A DNA stretch of 64,000 bases, taken from an uncultured bacterium. Its GTDB lineage: Bacteria; SAR324; NAC60-12. Of the stretch, positions 18,221-28,067 are shown piece after piece (positions within the stretch are counted from its first letter, which is position 1; every line of letters begins with the position of its first letter). Location of the stretch: contig CAXGMD010000005.1 of assembly GCA_964010765.1 (NCBI GenBank), forward strand, positions 1 to 64,000, in the 5' to 3' direction. A model generated the notes under the pieces. The model saw only the letters and a program-made list of their open reading frames with translations. It made no database searches and was not told the DNA's origin. The position numbers and the translations under genes were made by a program.

Positions 18221-18901
18221 TTAAGTGGGGATCCAGCGGCCCCGCAGGGTAGGGTAATCCAGTTCTTGCTGGAGCATTTCCAAAAAATCTTTGCGCCTCA
18301 TCTCCTCTGCACCCAAGCTCAAAAGATGATCTGTTGTGACCTGACAGTCTATGAATCGCAATCCTTGTTCCATTGCAAACCTAGATAATGAAACCAAGGC
18401 TACTTTTGATGCATTACTTTTTTTGCTAAACATGGACTCACCGAAAAAACAATGTCCGAGGGAAATCCCATAGAGTCCCCCCACCAATTGATCTTCCTCC
18501 CAGACTTCAATGGAATGGGCAAATCCTTGCTCGTGCAACCGAAGATAGGCACTTTTCATTGCCCCCGTGATCCAAGTGCCTTCCAAGGCCCGAGTAGTAG
18601 CACACTGATCAATCACCTCTGCAAAGTGAGTGTCATATCGCACTTGATGGGGTCTGTTACGAAGAACTTTTGCTAAACTTCGGGTAATGTGGATCTTATC
18701 AGGGAACAGAACAAGTCTTGGATCAGGACTCCACCAAAGTAGAGGTTGTCCTTCTTCATACCAAGGGAAAATCCCTTGTTGATAGGCCATCAGAATCCTT
18801 TCACTTGAAAGATCTCCACCGACTGCCAACAAGCCGCTGGGTTCTGCCTCATCGGGTGAAGGAAATTGTAAAATATTCGGATGAAGTTGGTAGATTGGCA
18901 T
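18221..18901 (-). CDS. aat: Leucyl/phenylalanyl-tRNA--protein transferase
   Basis: GLLAVGGDL, AY..GIFPW, WWSPDPR, FFGESMFS, IDCQ. Confidence 0.97.
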   Translation of the reverse strand: MPIYQLHPNILQFPSPDEAEPSGLLAVGGDLSSERILMAYQQGIFPWYEEGQPLLWWSPDPRLVLFPDKIHITRSLAKVLRNRPHQVRYDTHFAEVIDQCATTRALEGTWITGAMKSAYLRLHEQGFAHSIEVWEEDQLVGGLYGISLGHCFFGESMFSKKSNASKVALVSLSRFAMEQGLRFIDCQVTTDHLLSLGAEEMRRKDFLEMLQQELDYPTLRGRWIPT

Positions 18902-18947
18902 CGGCCGTCAGCTAAAGACTTCCGTCACAGCACAGATTTCAATTTAA

Positions 18948-19916
18948 ATGGCATCCACGTCTCAGACAGAAAACGGAAGAAATCTACCCAAGTGGGGAAT
19001 CCTCGGGGCAGGGGCCATGGGTTGGCTTTGGACTTATTACCTTCAGCGAGCAAAAATAGATACTTTACTCCTGCAGCGCCAAAATACCAGTTCTCGAGAA
19101 TGTATAATTCAAAAAGATAAAATTTTTGAAAATTGCAGAACCTCGGCAATGAAATCAGATAATCCCTCTTTACCCACTTTAGAAGCCCTGCTCGTTGCTA
19201 CAAAAGCCTACTCTGTAAGGAGTGCTCTTTTACCACTTCAAGAAACATTGATTAAAAAGCAGATCCCGATAGTTCTCTTACAAAATGGACTTGGTGTCTT
19301 TGAAGAAGTCCGCAAGCTTTTCCCTGAACAACCTATTCTGATACTATCAACTAGCAATGGAGCTTACTGGCATGAGTCGGCATTTCTTAAACTCACTGGA
19401 ATAGGCTCCACTTATCTAGGGACCTTGGACAACTCCATCCCAAAGTCATTGAAAAACATACTTTTCAAAAGACTCGGGGCGACAGGCCTGCCTGTTGTAC
19501 TAACTGACAACATCCTCAAACAACTTTGGGGGAAACTTCTTGTCAACTGTTCCATCAACAGTCTTTCAGCTCTATGGTTGTGTCGAAACGGAGACTTGCT
19601 TGACAATCCAAATTCTAAGCAAATTTGGAAGAGAATTGTCCATGAGGGGGTTGAGGTGATGAGACTAGAATTACAACAAGAAGTTGAACCTTTAGAAATT
19701 CTTTCCTTAATTGATCAAGTAGCCTACAAAACCAGTGCGAATTACTCTTCTATGTGTGAGGATCGACGAAGAAATCGACCTAATGAAGTGGATTATATTC
19801 TGGGTTATTTGGTCAGGAAAGCTCACCATCACGATCTCTCTGTTCCAACTCTGGAAACATTAGCAGAACTCTTGAAACTTCCTGAAAACTCATCATTAGA
19901 ACAAACACCAAATTGA
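18948..19916 (+). CDS. panE: 2-dehydropantoate 2-reductase
   Basis: GAGAMG, ATKAY, LQNG, W.KL.VN..IN, SSM..D, E.DYI.G. Confidence 0.92.
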   Translation: MASTSQTENGRNLPKWGILGAGAMGWLWTYYLQRAKIDTLLLQRQNTSSRECIIQKDKIFENCRTSAMKSDNPSLPTLEALLVATKAYSVRSALLPLQETLIKKQIPIVLLQNGLGVFEEVRKLFPEQPILILSTSNGAYWHESAFLKLTGIGSTYLGTLDNSIPKSLKNILFKRLGATGLPVVLTDNILKQLWGKLLVNCSINSLSALWLCRNGDLLDNPNSKQIWKRIVHEGVEVMRLELQQEVEPLEILSLIDQVAYKTSANYSSMCEDRRRNRPNEVDYILGYLVRKAHHHDLSVPTLETLAELLKLPENSSLEQTPN

Positions 19917-19925
19917 GCTAGTCGG

Positions 19926-20867
19926 ATGGCTACTGGATTTTACACCAACACAATTTATCTTGAACACGACACAGGCAACCACCCCGAAAATGCTGATCGC
20001 CTTCGAGCAATCGATCAGCATCTCCGGTACAGCGGTCTCCTAAATGAATTAGAAGTGCGTCCTGGACGCACCGCAGAACTAAAAGAAATAGAAATGCTAC
20101 ACTCCAAGAGGCATATCGATTCCGTTCAGGAAGCTGTGGAACTGGGTAGAGGAACACTTGGAACCCCAGATTGTGTCATTTCCCCTGGAACCTTCGGTGC
20201 AGCCTTACACGCAGTTGGAACTGTTCTCGATAGTGTTTGCCAGGTTGCTAACGGCAAACTAGACAATGCTTTTTGTGCTGTTCGTCCTCCTGGACATCAT
20301 GCTGAACATGACTCAGCGATGGGCTTCTGTTTCTTTAACAATGTAGCAATTGCTGCAGAATTTTTGCGTACACACTTTGGATATCAGAGGATTCTCATCT
20401 TTGATTTTGACGTACATCATGGTAACGGCACACAGCATCTCTTTGAAGAAAACGCACAGGTCCTATACGCAAGTACACATCAAGACCCCAGAACTTGTTA
20501 TCCTGGGACTGGTTATGCCAATGAAACTGGCTTTGGATTGGGTAAGGGATTTACATTAAATTTTCCAATGCCTCCCAGTACATCAGATGAGAAATATTTA
20601 GAATTTTTCCATAATCGAATCATTCCTCAATTCGAGGAATACAAACCAGATTTTATACTTCTTTCTGCCGGTTTTGATGGACATATTCGTGACCCGCTAG
20701 CGATGCTAAATCTCACCGAAAATTGCTATCGTGAAATTACAAAAACAATGAGAACTATCGCTGAAAAATTTGCGGGTGGTCGTATGGTCAGCTTGCTGGA
20801 GGGGGGTTATGATCTGGAAGCGCTGGCTCTAAGCGTAGAAGCCCATATTCAAGAACTTCTAAATTGA
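19926..20867 (+). CDS. Histone deacetylase-family amidohydrolase
   Basis: HPE...R, RPPGHHA, GFCFFNN, DFDVHHGNGTQ, SAGFD, LEGGY. Confidence 0.95.
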   Translation: MATGFYTNTIYLEHDTGNHPENADRLRAIDQHLRYSGLLNELEVRPGRTAELKEIEMLHSKRHIDSVQEAVELGRGTLGTPDCVISPGTFGAALHAVGTVLDSVCQVANGKLDNAFCAVRPPGHHAEHDSAMGFCFFNNVAIAAEFLRTHFGYQRILIFDFDVHHGNGTQHLFEENAQVLYASTHQDPRTCYPGTGYANETGFGLGKGFTLNFPMPPSTSDEKYLEFFHNRIIPQFEEYKPDFILLSAGFDGHIRDPLAMLNLTENCYREITKTMRTIAEKFAGGRMVSLLEGGYDLEALALSVEAHIQELLN

Positions 20868-21742
20868 TGGAGGATTTTCAAGACTTTGAAAAATTAAACA
20901 TCAACTGGTTCCCAGGGCACATGCGCAAGGCGTTGCGGGGGGTAGGGGACCAAATTAAAAGAGTTGACGTTGTCCTTGAGTTGAGAGACGCCAGACTCCC
21001 CATCACCTCACAAAATCCTGACCTACAAAATCTTTTGATCAACAAGCCTTCTTTAATTCTATTCAATAAATCAGGTCTGGCTGATCCAAATCAAATCAAG
21101 AAGTGGGAGTTAAAATTAAAAAACGAATCGACCAAGCCCTTCCTATTTGTTGATGTAAAAAAAAGAAAAGGACTCAGCCAAATTATTCCAAATTCAAAAA
21201 AACTGATGCAAACACGCTGGGAAAATCTGCGACAAAAAGGCATCAGGCCTCCTGTTTTGAGACTGATGGTTATCGGTATACCCAACGTGGGAAAATCTAG
21301 TCTGATAAATGCTCTTGCTTGTCGTGGTGCTACTCAAACTGGTCCCAAGCCTGGAGTAACTAAGCATCAGGAGTGGATTGTTCTCGGCCAAAATGCTGAA
21401 CTACTGGACACTCCAGGGATCCTCTGGCCTAAAATCCACAATACCATTGATGGATTGAACCTAACCCTCATTGGAGGTATCAGAGATGAAATCGTTGGTG
21501 TGGAGAGTTTATCCAACTATCTGATTCAACTTGGAAGAAAACGTTTTCCAAAAAAGCTGTTAGAGAGATATAAAATTGAAGGCTGTGAGGCACAAAGCTC
21601 TCAGGAAATTCTTCATCAAATCGCTAACAAGCGAGGTTTTTTTCGTACTGGAGGAAATGTAGATATTCAGCGAGTTTCGGAGATGCTTCTTCATGATTTT
21701 CGAGAGGGACTCTTTGGCCCAATTAACCTAGATCTATTGTAA
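20864..21742 (+). CDS. rbgA: Ribosome biogenesis GTPase RbgA/YlqF
   Basis: INWFPGHM, DARLP, GIPNVGKSSLIN, PGVT, LLDTPGILWP. Confidence 0.95.
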   Translation: MMEDFQDFEKLNINWFPGHMRKALRGVGDQIKRVDVVLELRDARLPITSQNPDLQNLLINKPSLILFNKSGLADPNQIKKWELKLKNESTKPFLFVDVKKRKGLSQIIPNSKKLMQTRWENLRQKGIRPPVLRLMVIGIPNVGKSSLINALACRGATQTGPKPGVTKHQEWIVLGQNAELLDTPGILWPKIHNTIDGLNLTLIGGIRDEIVGVESLSNYLIQLGRKRFPKKLLERYKIEGCEAQSSQEILHQIANKRGFFRTGGNVDIQRVSEMLLHDFREGLFGPINLDLL

Positions 21743-21743
21743 T

Positions 21744-22729
21744 CTACATAGTTGCCCTGACTCCGCTAACTCTGAGAAGTGGGCGTTTCAAGGATCCACC
21801 TGACCAGTTTTTTTGCCTAACGTGAAACAAACCCAAACTACTGGGATTCTCGATGCAGCTTAGATGGCCACTCCAGTAAATTTCAGACACAAGTTGCTGA
21901 ATACAGTCCTCACCCTCAACCACTGCGATTCCACTAAAACTTACCGGACCAGATCCCACACCAGCTTGTAGAATTAACTTACCACTGACCCAGATCAACA
22001 ATTGGGAATCTACTTCTTCAAAATCACTCGCTGAAGGTAAATTTAGAACCAAGTTTCATCTACAAAGATGGATAATGGTACCATAGAACTATGATTGTCT
22101 GAGGCAATCTGAACATTTTCACCAGACCAGTCCAGTTGCTGAGATCCAGAATAAGAAAAATCAAAAGGTGGTTTCGTCCAAGCATCAGCTAACCAGAACC
22201 AATGTCTAAGACTCGTCTCAACTAATTCTCGATCCTCACGAACATCCCAAATGAGCATGGGTGGTAAGTCAGGAGATTCTCGCTGATGATATGCTAATTC
22301 CGTCACATCGAATTGATTGATTGAAAGCAACACTTCAATGCTGATTTCTGACTGTGAAAACGTTTGGTAATCAAGACCAAGCAGCAAATTTGTTCCTCCA
22401 TCCACTTCACTGACTAGCGCTTGCCAATCTATCCCCATTCCTGATGCTATCAGCAAACTTGTTGGAGATGCTGTAAGGGATGACCGGGGTATGTTTCTTA
22501 GGGAATCCAACCCCAACAACGCAACGGCCTGGGCTTCCTGATAAATTTTTAAACGATCTAGTAAGATTTTGCTGTGAGCTTTACTTTGAGTCTCACTTTG
22601 ATAAGTCCTAGCAACTAAAGCTGTAAGAAAAACACCCAGCATTAGTGTTAGAAGTAGGACAAATCCTTGGCGGTAGCTAGGCAGGTAGGCTGGAGAAGAG
22701 TTCGATTTGGGTGGCCTGCTCGTTCTCAT
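21744..22729 (-). pseudogene. PilX/GspK-like minor pilin, apparently split by a frameshift near 22054
   Basis: ORF 22043..22729 has RQG^FVLLLTLML (class III signal-like). ORF 21744..22052 joins it if one A is added (FVDE-NLVLNL). Could instead be two genes or an assembly error. Confidence 0.45.
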
Positions 22730-23013
22730 GAAATGGAAATTTCAATTGCTCAAGAGATGGATTGTTTCTCCGAGAGAATCCCTTCTCCGTTATTTCTTTT
22801 TCAAGAATTTTTATTTTCGAGTGTAGTGCATCCGCAGACTTGAACCAATTATCCTTCGAATAATGATTGGTCCCCACTTTCCCAGTCTGAACGCTCAGAC
22901 GCCATTGTTGCAGACCACTCCGCACCTGCTGGCCCCATGCAAGCCTGCAAAAGCGGCGTGGACCTACAGTTGGCTGAGTTTCGAAATAGAGAAACATAAA
23001 AACGCTCGAGAAG

Positions 23014-23622
23014 TCATCTTTCTTTTTGGCAGTATCCGTAACACCAGAATCCTAATCGTAGGAATTCTGCGGCAAATAGGGGTACAAACAAAATCAGTGC
23101 CTGAAGATTTGATGACTTTTCATTCAGAAGTAAGTGGACTGCCGTCAAAACCACAGCAAAATAGATGAGGCGATGGATGTTTTTCCAATGATTCGCACCA
23201 AGTTTTCTGACCATTTCATTGCTACTGGTCAGGGCTAATATCAAAAGGATTAGAAAGGCTAGAAATCCTGTGAGTAAGTAGATCCTTTGAAGATCTTTCC
23301 ACAAAATCCCCCACTCAGGATTATCAAGAATGTGTAATGTAAAATGCAGACTCGCATAGAAGGCCGAAGCTAGCCCAATACTTCTTCGGTGGGATTGAAG
23401 TCGCTTGATCCAACCAAACCCACTCCGCTTCCCAAGCAGAATTCTTAACGGAGAAAGCCATAAAACACTCACTAAAAAATAAACAGCCCAGTCGCCTGTT
23501 GCATGAACAAGATATTCTACAGGGTTTGCGCTTTCAGTAACTTGGGTTCCTATCCAAATTATTGGTAACAGACAGGCAATCCAAAAGAATGTATTGATTG
23601 TTCGCGATGCTTTGGATGACAA
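23014..23622 (-). CDS. msrQ: MsrQ-like heme b membrane protein (ferric reductase-like TM domain)
   Basis: TG.WA..L...L..SP, RR.IGL..FY..LH, LALTS, LG..WK.IHRLIY..V...H. Confidence 0.8.
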   Translation of the reverse strand: MSSKASRTINTFFWIACLLPIIWIGTQVTESANPVEYLVHATGDWAVYFLVSVLWLSPLRILLGKRSGFGWIKRLQSHRRSIGLASAFYASLHFTLHILDNPEWGILWKDLQRIYLLTGFLAFLILLILALTSSNEMVRKLGANHWKNIHRLIYFAVVLTAVHLLLNEKSSNLQALILFVPLFAAEFLRLGFWCYGYCQKER

Positions 23623-23688
23623 ATCACGAATTAAGCATGAATTATTAGAATAAGGATTGCAGATTTATTCACAGATTTAGAATTTGCC

Positions 23689-23717
23689 TTGACTCACTTA
23701 GAATGGCTGGTTAATTT
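23689..23717 (+). promoter_or_regulatory. Putative sigma70 promoter
   Basis: TTGACT-N17-TAATTT, upstream of a long plus-strand hairpin. Confidence 0.35.
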
Positions 23718-23751
23718 TTTTGAGCCTTCAAACTTGTTTCAAACAAGTTCG

Positions 23752-23809
23752 TTGACCTAGGGAGGAGTTGGTAGCCTCCAATAGTTGGGGGCTACAGTCC
23801 TAGGTCAAA
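23752..23809 (+). ncRNA. Long two-part hairpin (candidate small RNA or terminator-like element)
   Basis: TTGACCTAGG pairs with CCTAGGTCAA; GTAGCCTCCAA pairs with TTGGGGGCTAC, with G-U pairs only on the plus strand. Confidence 0.4.
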
Positions 23810-23821
23810 TCATACCTAACA

Positions 23822-24703
23822 TTACTTCCCCACCTTCATCCAGTCTGTAAGATCATTCCTGAGCCCCTCTAGAGTACTTGCTTTAAGTGGCGCATCTAAA
23901 GTTAGTCTCAAAAACTCTTCCTCCCGATTCCACTGATCCACCTCTCCCTGGTGAGCAAAAACGACGATCTCATCGGTGTCCACAATGCCCACACTGACGC
24001 CTGACACTCCGACCTGAGTCCATAGTAGAGTATCCTCAACTTTTTGCATTTCACCCGTGCTTTCTTGAACTAGTTGGAGTACTTGAATCAACGTCTGGTC
24101 ACGTGTCGCTGCCTCCAACGAATCCAAAGCTTCTCTAATTTGTTTGCGAGATGCCTCTAAATCTATCTCATCAGATAGATGAGCACTCCATAACTCTTGT
24201 GCTCCTCCCGCAGAAGCATATCGGAGAGTTAGCCAAGCTTGCTCTAAGCCTGCAAGACTTCGAATATCTTCAAACTGAACAAGGATATCCAATACCCTTT
24301 CTATTCCGTAATCCAAAGTCTCTAGCTCCTTGCGCCAGACGCCTTGGCGTTCAGTTGCCTCAAAGTTTTGCTCAGACTGAAATAAGCCAAACAACTGCTG
24401 AAATCTGTCTCTTTGAAAGCGTCTCAAACCGAATTGATAAGTCTCACCTTCATGTAGTTCTATCAAAAGGTTTTTTACAGATTCAGCTTCCTCTTCTTTA
24501 ACATGAGCCTGGCATGCTTCCCAGTGCTCCTCTGGCTTATAATGATGTTCCATGTATTCTGGAGTTGAGATTCGAAACATGGGAGATGCTTCAGGATCAC
24601 TACCAGAAAGTACAATCCAACCCTGCCGGTACATTATCTCAAGCAGAGCCCTCTCAACTGCTGCGAGTTGTTCTGTGCTTAATTCGAAAATGGATTGTGC
24701 CAT
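23822..24703 (-). CDS. Hypothetical protein
   Basis: 293-aa acidic ORF with ATG start; no motif recognised. Confidence 0.7.
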   Translation of the reverse strand: MAQSIFELSTEQLAAVERALLEIMYRQGWIVLSGSDPEASPMFRISTPEYMEHHYKPEEHWEACQAHVKEEEAESVKNLLIELHEGETYQFGLRRFQRDRFQQLFGLFQSEQNFEATERQGVWRKELETLDYGIERVLDILVQFEDIRSLAGLEQAWLTLRYASAGGAQELWSAHLSDEIDLEASRKQIREALDSLEAATRDQTLIQVLQLVQESTGEMQKVEDTLLWTQVGVSGVSVGIVDTDEIVVFAHQGEVDQWNREEEFLRLTLDAPLKASTLEGLRNDLTDWMKVGK

Positions 24704-24903
24704 AACTATTTGATTGGTGCTTGTTGAGTCTGTTTAACTGATAAATTTTTAGTTTATTAGAGCTTCTAATTTCAGTGGCTTAAATAAATTATCGAAGCAT
24801 TTTATCAAAAAAAGTCTGTCGTAAACCAAAACTTCTTTTCCAAATGCTTTAAGCTTAAGCCGCTTCCGGATAACCTGGGATCAAAGAGAACTCTAATTTC
24901 CCC

Positions 24904-26802
24904 TCAATTGCGCTGTACAAACGAAGTGTTGATTAAACTCTCCATCGGTTCAGGTGAAAGCAGTTGGAAAAGAGGTGGGACTGAGAGTGATTGCTGAATT
25001 GAGATTGGATCGTTCAGTTGCTGAAACTGACGCAAGGTTCTCTGGTAAGCCACCTGGTCATTAAGCTGTCGATAAACTGTTGCAAGCCGATCCAAAAAAA
25101 CGGATTGGAAGGGAGAGTCGGTTTTTAGAGCGTTCTCCAGAATCACTTTTGCTTCCTTGTACTGCCTGGTTACAAGGTAAGAAGCACTCAGTGCTTCAAT
25201 CAAATAAAATTGGCGAGGGTATCGCTCTAGGCCTCGAACCAAGATTTCTTGGGCTGCTTGTTCTTGTCCACGATAGCGTTTGATATCGGCTACAAGACGA
25301 TGGGCTAATCCTTGAGATTCCTCTCTGGCCAGAAATTCTTCTGACAATTCTAACGCTTGATCGGTCTGATCTAACTGTAGCAAAGTCATCGCTTGTAGAT
25401 ATACACTCTCCCAATGAGTGGGGGAATCTTTCAACAAGTCCTCAGTATAAGACAGAGCTCGAGAATATTGTTTCTGCAAATACAAAACTCGAGCTAGAGA
25501 AAATCTCAGCGAAAATGTTTCTCTGACTATGAGCGCCTGTCGAAGCAGTTCCTCTGCCTGGTCGTATCTCCCCTGAGTGACCAGTAAATCAGCTTGCAGA
25601 GTCAGCAAATAAACATTCGTGGCGTCTTGCTGCTTCAATTTCTCGATGATTTGCTCTACCTGCTGCAGTTCGCCTCGCATCAGCTTGCGCCTTGCATTCA
25701 GCAGTTGATAGGGCAAAGGACGATCATCTAATTCCAGCGCTCTAGCTAGCGCAATATCACCTCGCAGGTAATCCCTTCTTTGGAAGAGCAATGATGCTCT
25801 GAGATAGTACAAATCTGCACGTTGATTTTGAATTTCCAGAGCGTTCTCCACCAATTCCAAAGCCTGCTGATATTCACCGACTTGAAGGCTTAACTGCGCT
25901 CGGCCTAACAGAGCTTCCACGTTCGTGGGATCTCTTCTGAGTAAATCTTCAAGAATTTGATTTGCGGTAGCTTGACTTCCTTGGTTACTGAGAAGAAGAG
26001 CGTAAATGAGTTGATCCTCAGGTTCCAACTTTCCCAACCGAGCCAACTCTTTGATTCTTGCCAGCGCATCATCTGGTTTTTGTTGAAGGTAGAAAAGTCG
26101 GAGCTGCTCTCGAAGGACTTCAACCCATTGAGGATCTTGGACCAGAAGTTCTGTAGCCAATACACTTGCGGGATAATAGTTTCCTTGGGCAACAAAGATT
26201 CTCAATCTCAGAAGTTGGGCATCTTTGTTTGATGGTTCCAAGACGAGAAGATTCTCAACTGCCTCAAGTGAAGATTCATAGTTTTGACGTTTGATTTGAA
26301 TCCGAGCCATGTGGAAATAAGCTTCAACATAATTTTCATCACGTTGAAGTACCTCGTCCAATGAAACCACAGCCTTTCCATATTCACGAATCTGCTCATA
26401 ACCAAGTCCTAGATTCAAATAAAGGGAAAGCCGATCCGGATCAACTTGAAGAGCAGCGTTCCATTCTTTGATAGCATCCGCATAACGCCCGCTCGCGTAG
26501 AGAACCTTACCTAACAATTCAAGATATTCAGTGTTCAAAGGCGATCCCTGAACTGCAACTCTTACCGCACCTTCTGCTTGCTCATTTTCACCTAGAAACA
26601 AACGCCCACGAGCCAATTCAAACGCCGCATCTAAATTATTTTTATCTTCACCGAGTCTTTCTTCCTGCTGTTCGACAAAAGAGTCAACATTTGCACGGTT
26701 CAAAGGTTGCCGCAAAAGAGGCAAATTCGGATTTGTGCACCCAACAATTGCAAACAACAGAGAGAAATGGATTAACCGATTTTGCAAGAACTTACGGTGC
26801 AT
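24904..26802 (-). CDS. TPR-repeat lipoprotein
   Basis: IVGC lipobox after ATG 26802, followed by many TPR repeats. Confidence 0.88.
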   Translation of the reverse strand: MHRKFLQNRLIHFSLLFAIVGCTNPNLPLLRQPLNRANVDSFVEQQEERLGEDKNNLDAAFELARGRLFLGENEQAEGAVRVAVQGSPLNTEYLELLGKVLYASGRYADAIKEWNAALQVDPDRLSLYLNLGLGYEQIREYGKAVVSLDEVLQRDENYVEAYFHMARIQIKRQNYESSLEAVENLLVLEPSNKDAQLLRLRIFVAQGNYYPASVLATELLVQDPQWVEVLREQLRLFYLQQKPDDALARIKELARLGKLEPEDQLIYALLLSNQGSQATANQILEDLLRRDPTNVEALLGRAQLSLQVGEYQQALELVENALEIQNQRADLYYLRASLLFQRRDYLRGDIALARALELDDRPLPYQLLNARRKLMRGELQQVEQIIEKLKQQDATNVYLLTLQADLLVTQGRYDQAEELLRQALIVRETFSLRFSLARVLYLQKQYSRALSYTEDLLKDSPTHWESVYLQAMTLLQLDQTDQALELSEEFLAREESQGLAHRLVADIKRYRGQEQAAQEILVRGLERYPRQFYLIEALSASYLVTRQYKEAKVILENALKTDSPFQSVFLDRLATVYRQLNDQVAYQRTLRQFQQLNDPISIQQSLSVPPLFQLLSPEPMESLINTSFVQRN

Positions 26803-27661
26803 AAGTGATTTTTTTTGATGGCAAACTTTCATTTCCTGATCTATCAACCCAGCGAACATGATAGTGACCCGGGTCCGATCGCAATTCCGGCACAAAAGCA
26901 AAGTTCTCTTGGATTGGCTGCAGAGTCAGAGGAGTCTCTGGCCATCGACGACCGTCCTCACTCCGATAAATATTTACTCGATAATACATCTGGTTGTGAG
27001 CGAGAAATTTCTCATTCTGCCATCTAAATTCAACATTTTCAGAAAGTGGTTTCCAAACGATTTTGATTAATCTGATATTGCTTAAATCTCTGGAGAGCAG
27101 TCGGCTTTGTTTCAATAAAGAATCTATATTTGCGGCTAAATTTCTGGGACTAACCTCTTCAACGGTTAATTCAGGCACTCGAACAAAATTTGTAGGCAAT
27201 CCTGCACTCACGTAATCGGATACTGAGATTAAATTATTGGTTGGAATAAATACATGTCGAATTTTGAAAAGAGTAACATTCTGAGGATTAGCAGATAAAG
27301 GAGGAAAAAAGTAGAATAGGTTCCCCTCACGTTCTAATTGCGGAGAATTAAAATCAAGCACGTATCTCGCTCCAACACGCAATTCACAGCGAGAACATGG
27401 TTCTTCTCTGATCAGTGTCTCTATTTCAAAGCGGTGATCCTCCAGCTTACCCTCACTAGCCAATTCCTTTAGCAATTCTGGTTCAATTAACTGCCAAGAC
27501 AGTCGCAGGCTTTCTCCTCTAAATATTGCCTTGGGATTTTGGAAAGTCTTAAGCTGGGGCTTTTCTGGGTCTGGCTGGGGTGCCGTTCGATAGCCACATG
27601 CAACCAATGATAGAACGACCAAGCTGTAGAAAATACTTCGACAAGCTTTGCTGAATAGCAT
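26792..27661 (-). CDS. Lipoprotein with fibronectin type III-like segments
   Basis: LVACG...P.P lipobox, LRLSW, CxxC, NIYRS, Y.VR.VD..GNES..S. Confidence 0.7.
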   Translation of the reverse strand: MLFSKACRSIFYSLVVLSLVACGYRTAPQPDPEKPQLKTFQNPKAIFRGESLRLSWQLIEPELLKELASEGKLEDHRFEIETLIREEPCSRCELRVGARYVLDFNSPQLEREGNLFYFFPPLSANPQNVTLFKIRHVFIPTNNLISVSDYVSAGLPTNFVRVPELTVEEVSPRNLAANIDSLLKQSRLLSRDLSNIRLIKIVWKPLSENVEFRWQNEKFLAHNQMYYRVNIYRSEDGRRWPETPLTLQPIQENFAFVPELRSDPGHYHVRWVDRSGNESLPSKKITYAP

Positions 27662-28012
27662 TTTTTCTTGATGTTCATAAACACCAAGGGGCTGAGCGCA
27701 CTTTGTGATTTGAACTATCCTCTTCAAGCTAACGTAGTCAAGAATTTCTTAGTGGGAAAATAAGGCAGGGATGGAGGGTGCTAGGCAATTCTATTTTTCA
27801 CGGATCAATGTAGATAAACAAGGAGAATATCAATCTTGGTTTCTTCATCACCATTGCCATCTTTCTTTAGCAAGTCCATTTGCCTTGTCAATAATTTATT
27901 TGGAATAGATTAATATTATTTCGCAGGAACGACAAAGGAAAGACCTCTTTTGCTTTTATGTTAAAAACTCAAGCAAAAGCTTTCGGTGGAGTGTTCTTAA
28001 GGGCAAGTTCGA

Positions 28013-28038
28013 AGCAGGCTCTTCTCACAGAGCCTGCT
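28013..28038. terminator. Stem-loop downstream of the LivJ-like gene
   Basis: AGCAGGCTCT-TCTCAC-AGAGCCTGCT, a perfect 10-bp stem. Confidence 0.6.
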
Positions 28039-28067
28039 GTTTGTTTGAAGAATTTTTCTTATTGCTA

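Noticed and set aside
22677..22997. 106-aa minus-strand ORF between msrQ and the pilin-like gene
   Set aside because: No recognisable motif, and the ATGA-coupled frame from 23017 stops after 17 codons. The region may be degenerate, so no gene was called.
27730..28010. Short ORFs in the AT-rich gap downstream of the LivJ-like gene
   Set aside because: All are 45 aa or shorter, with no convincing RBS or motif.
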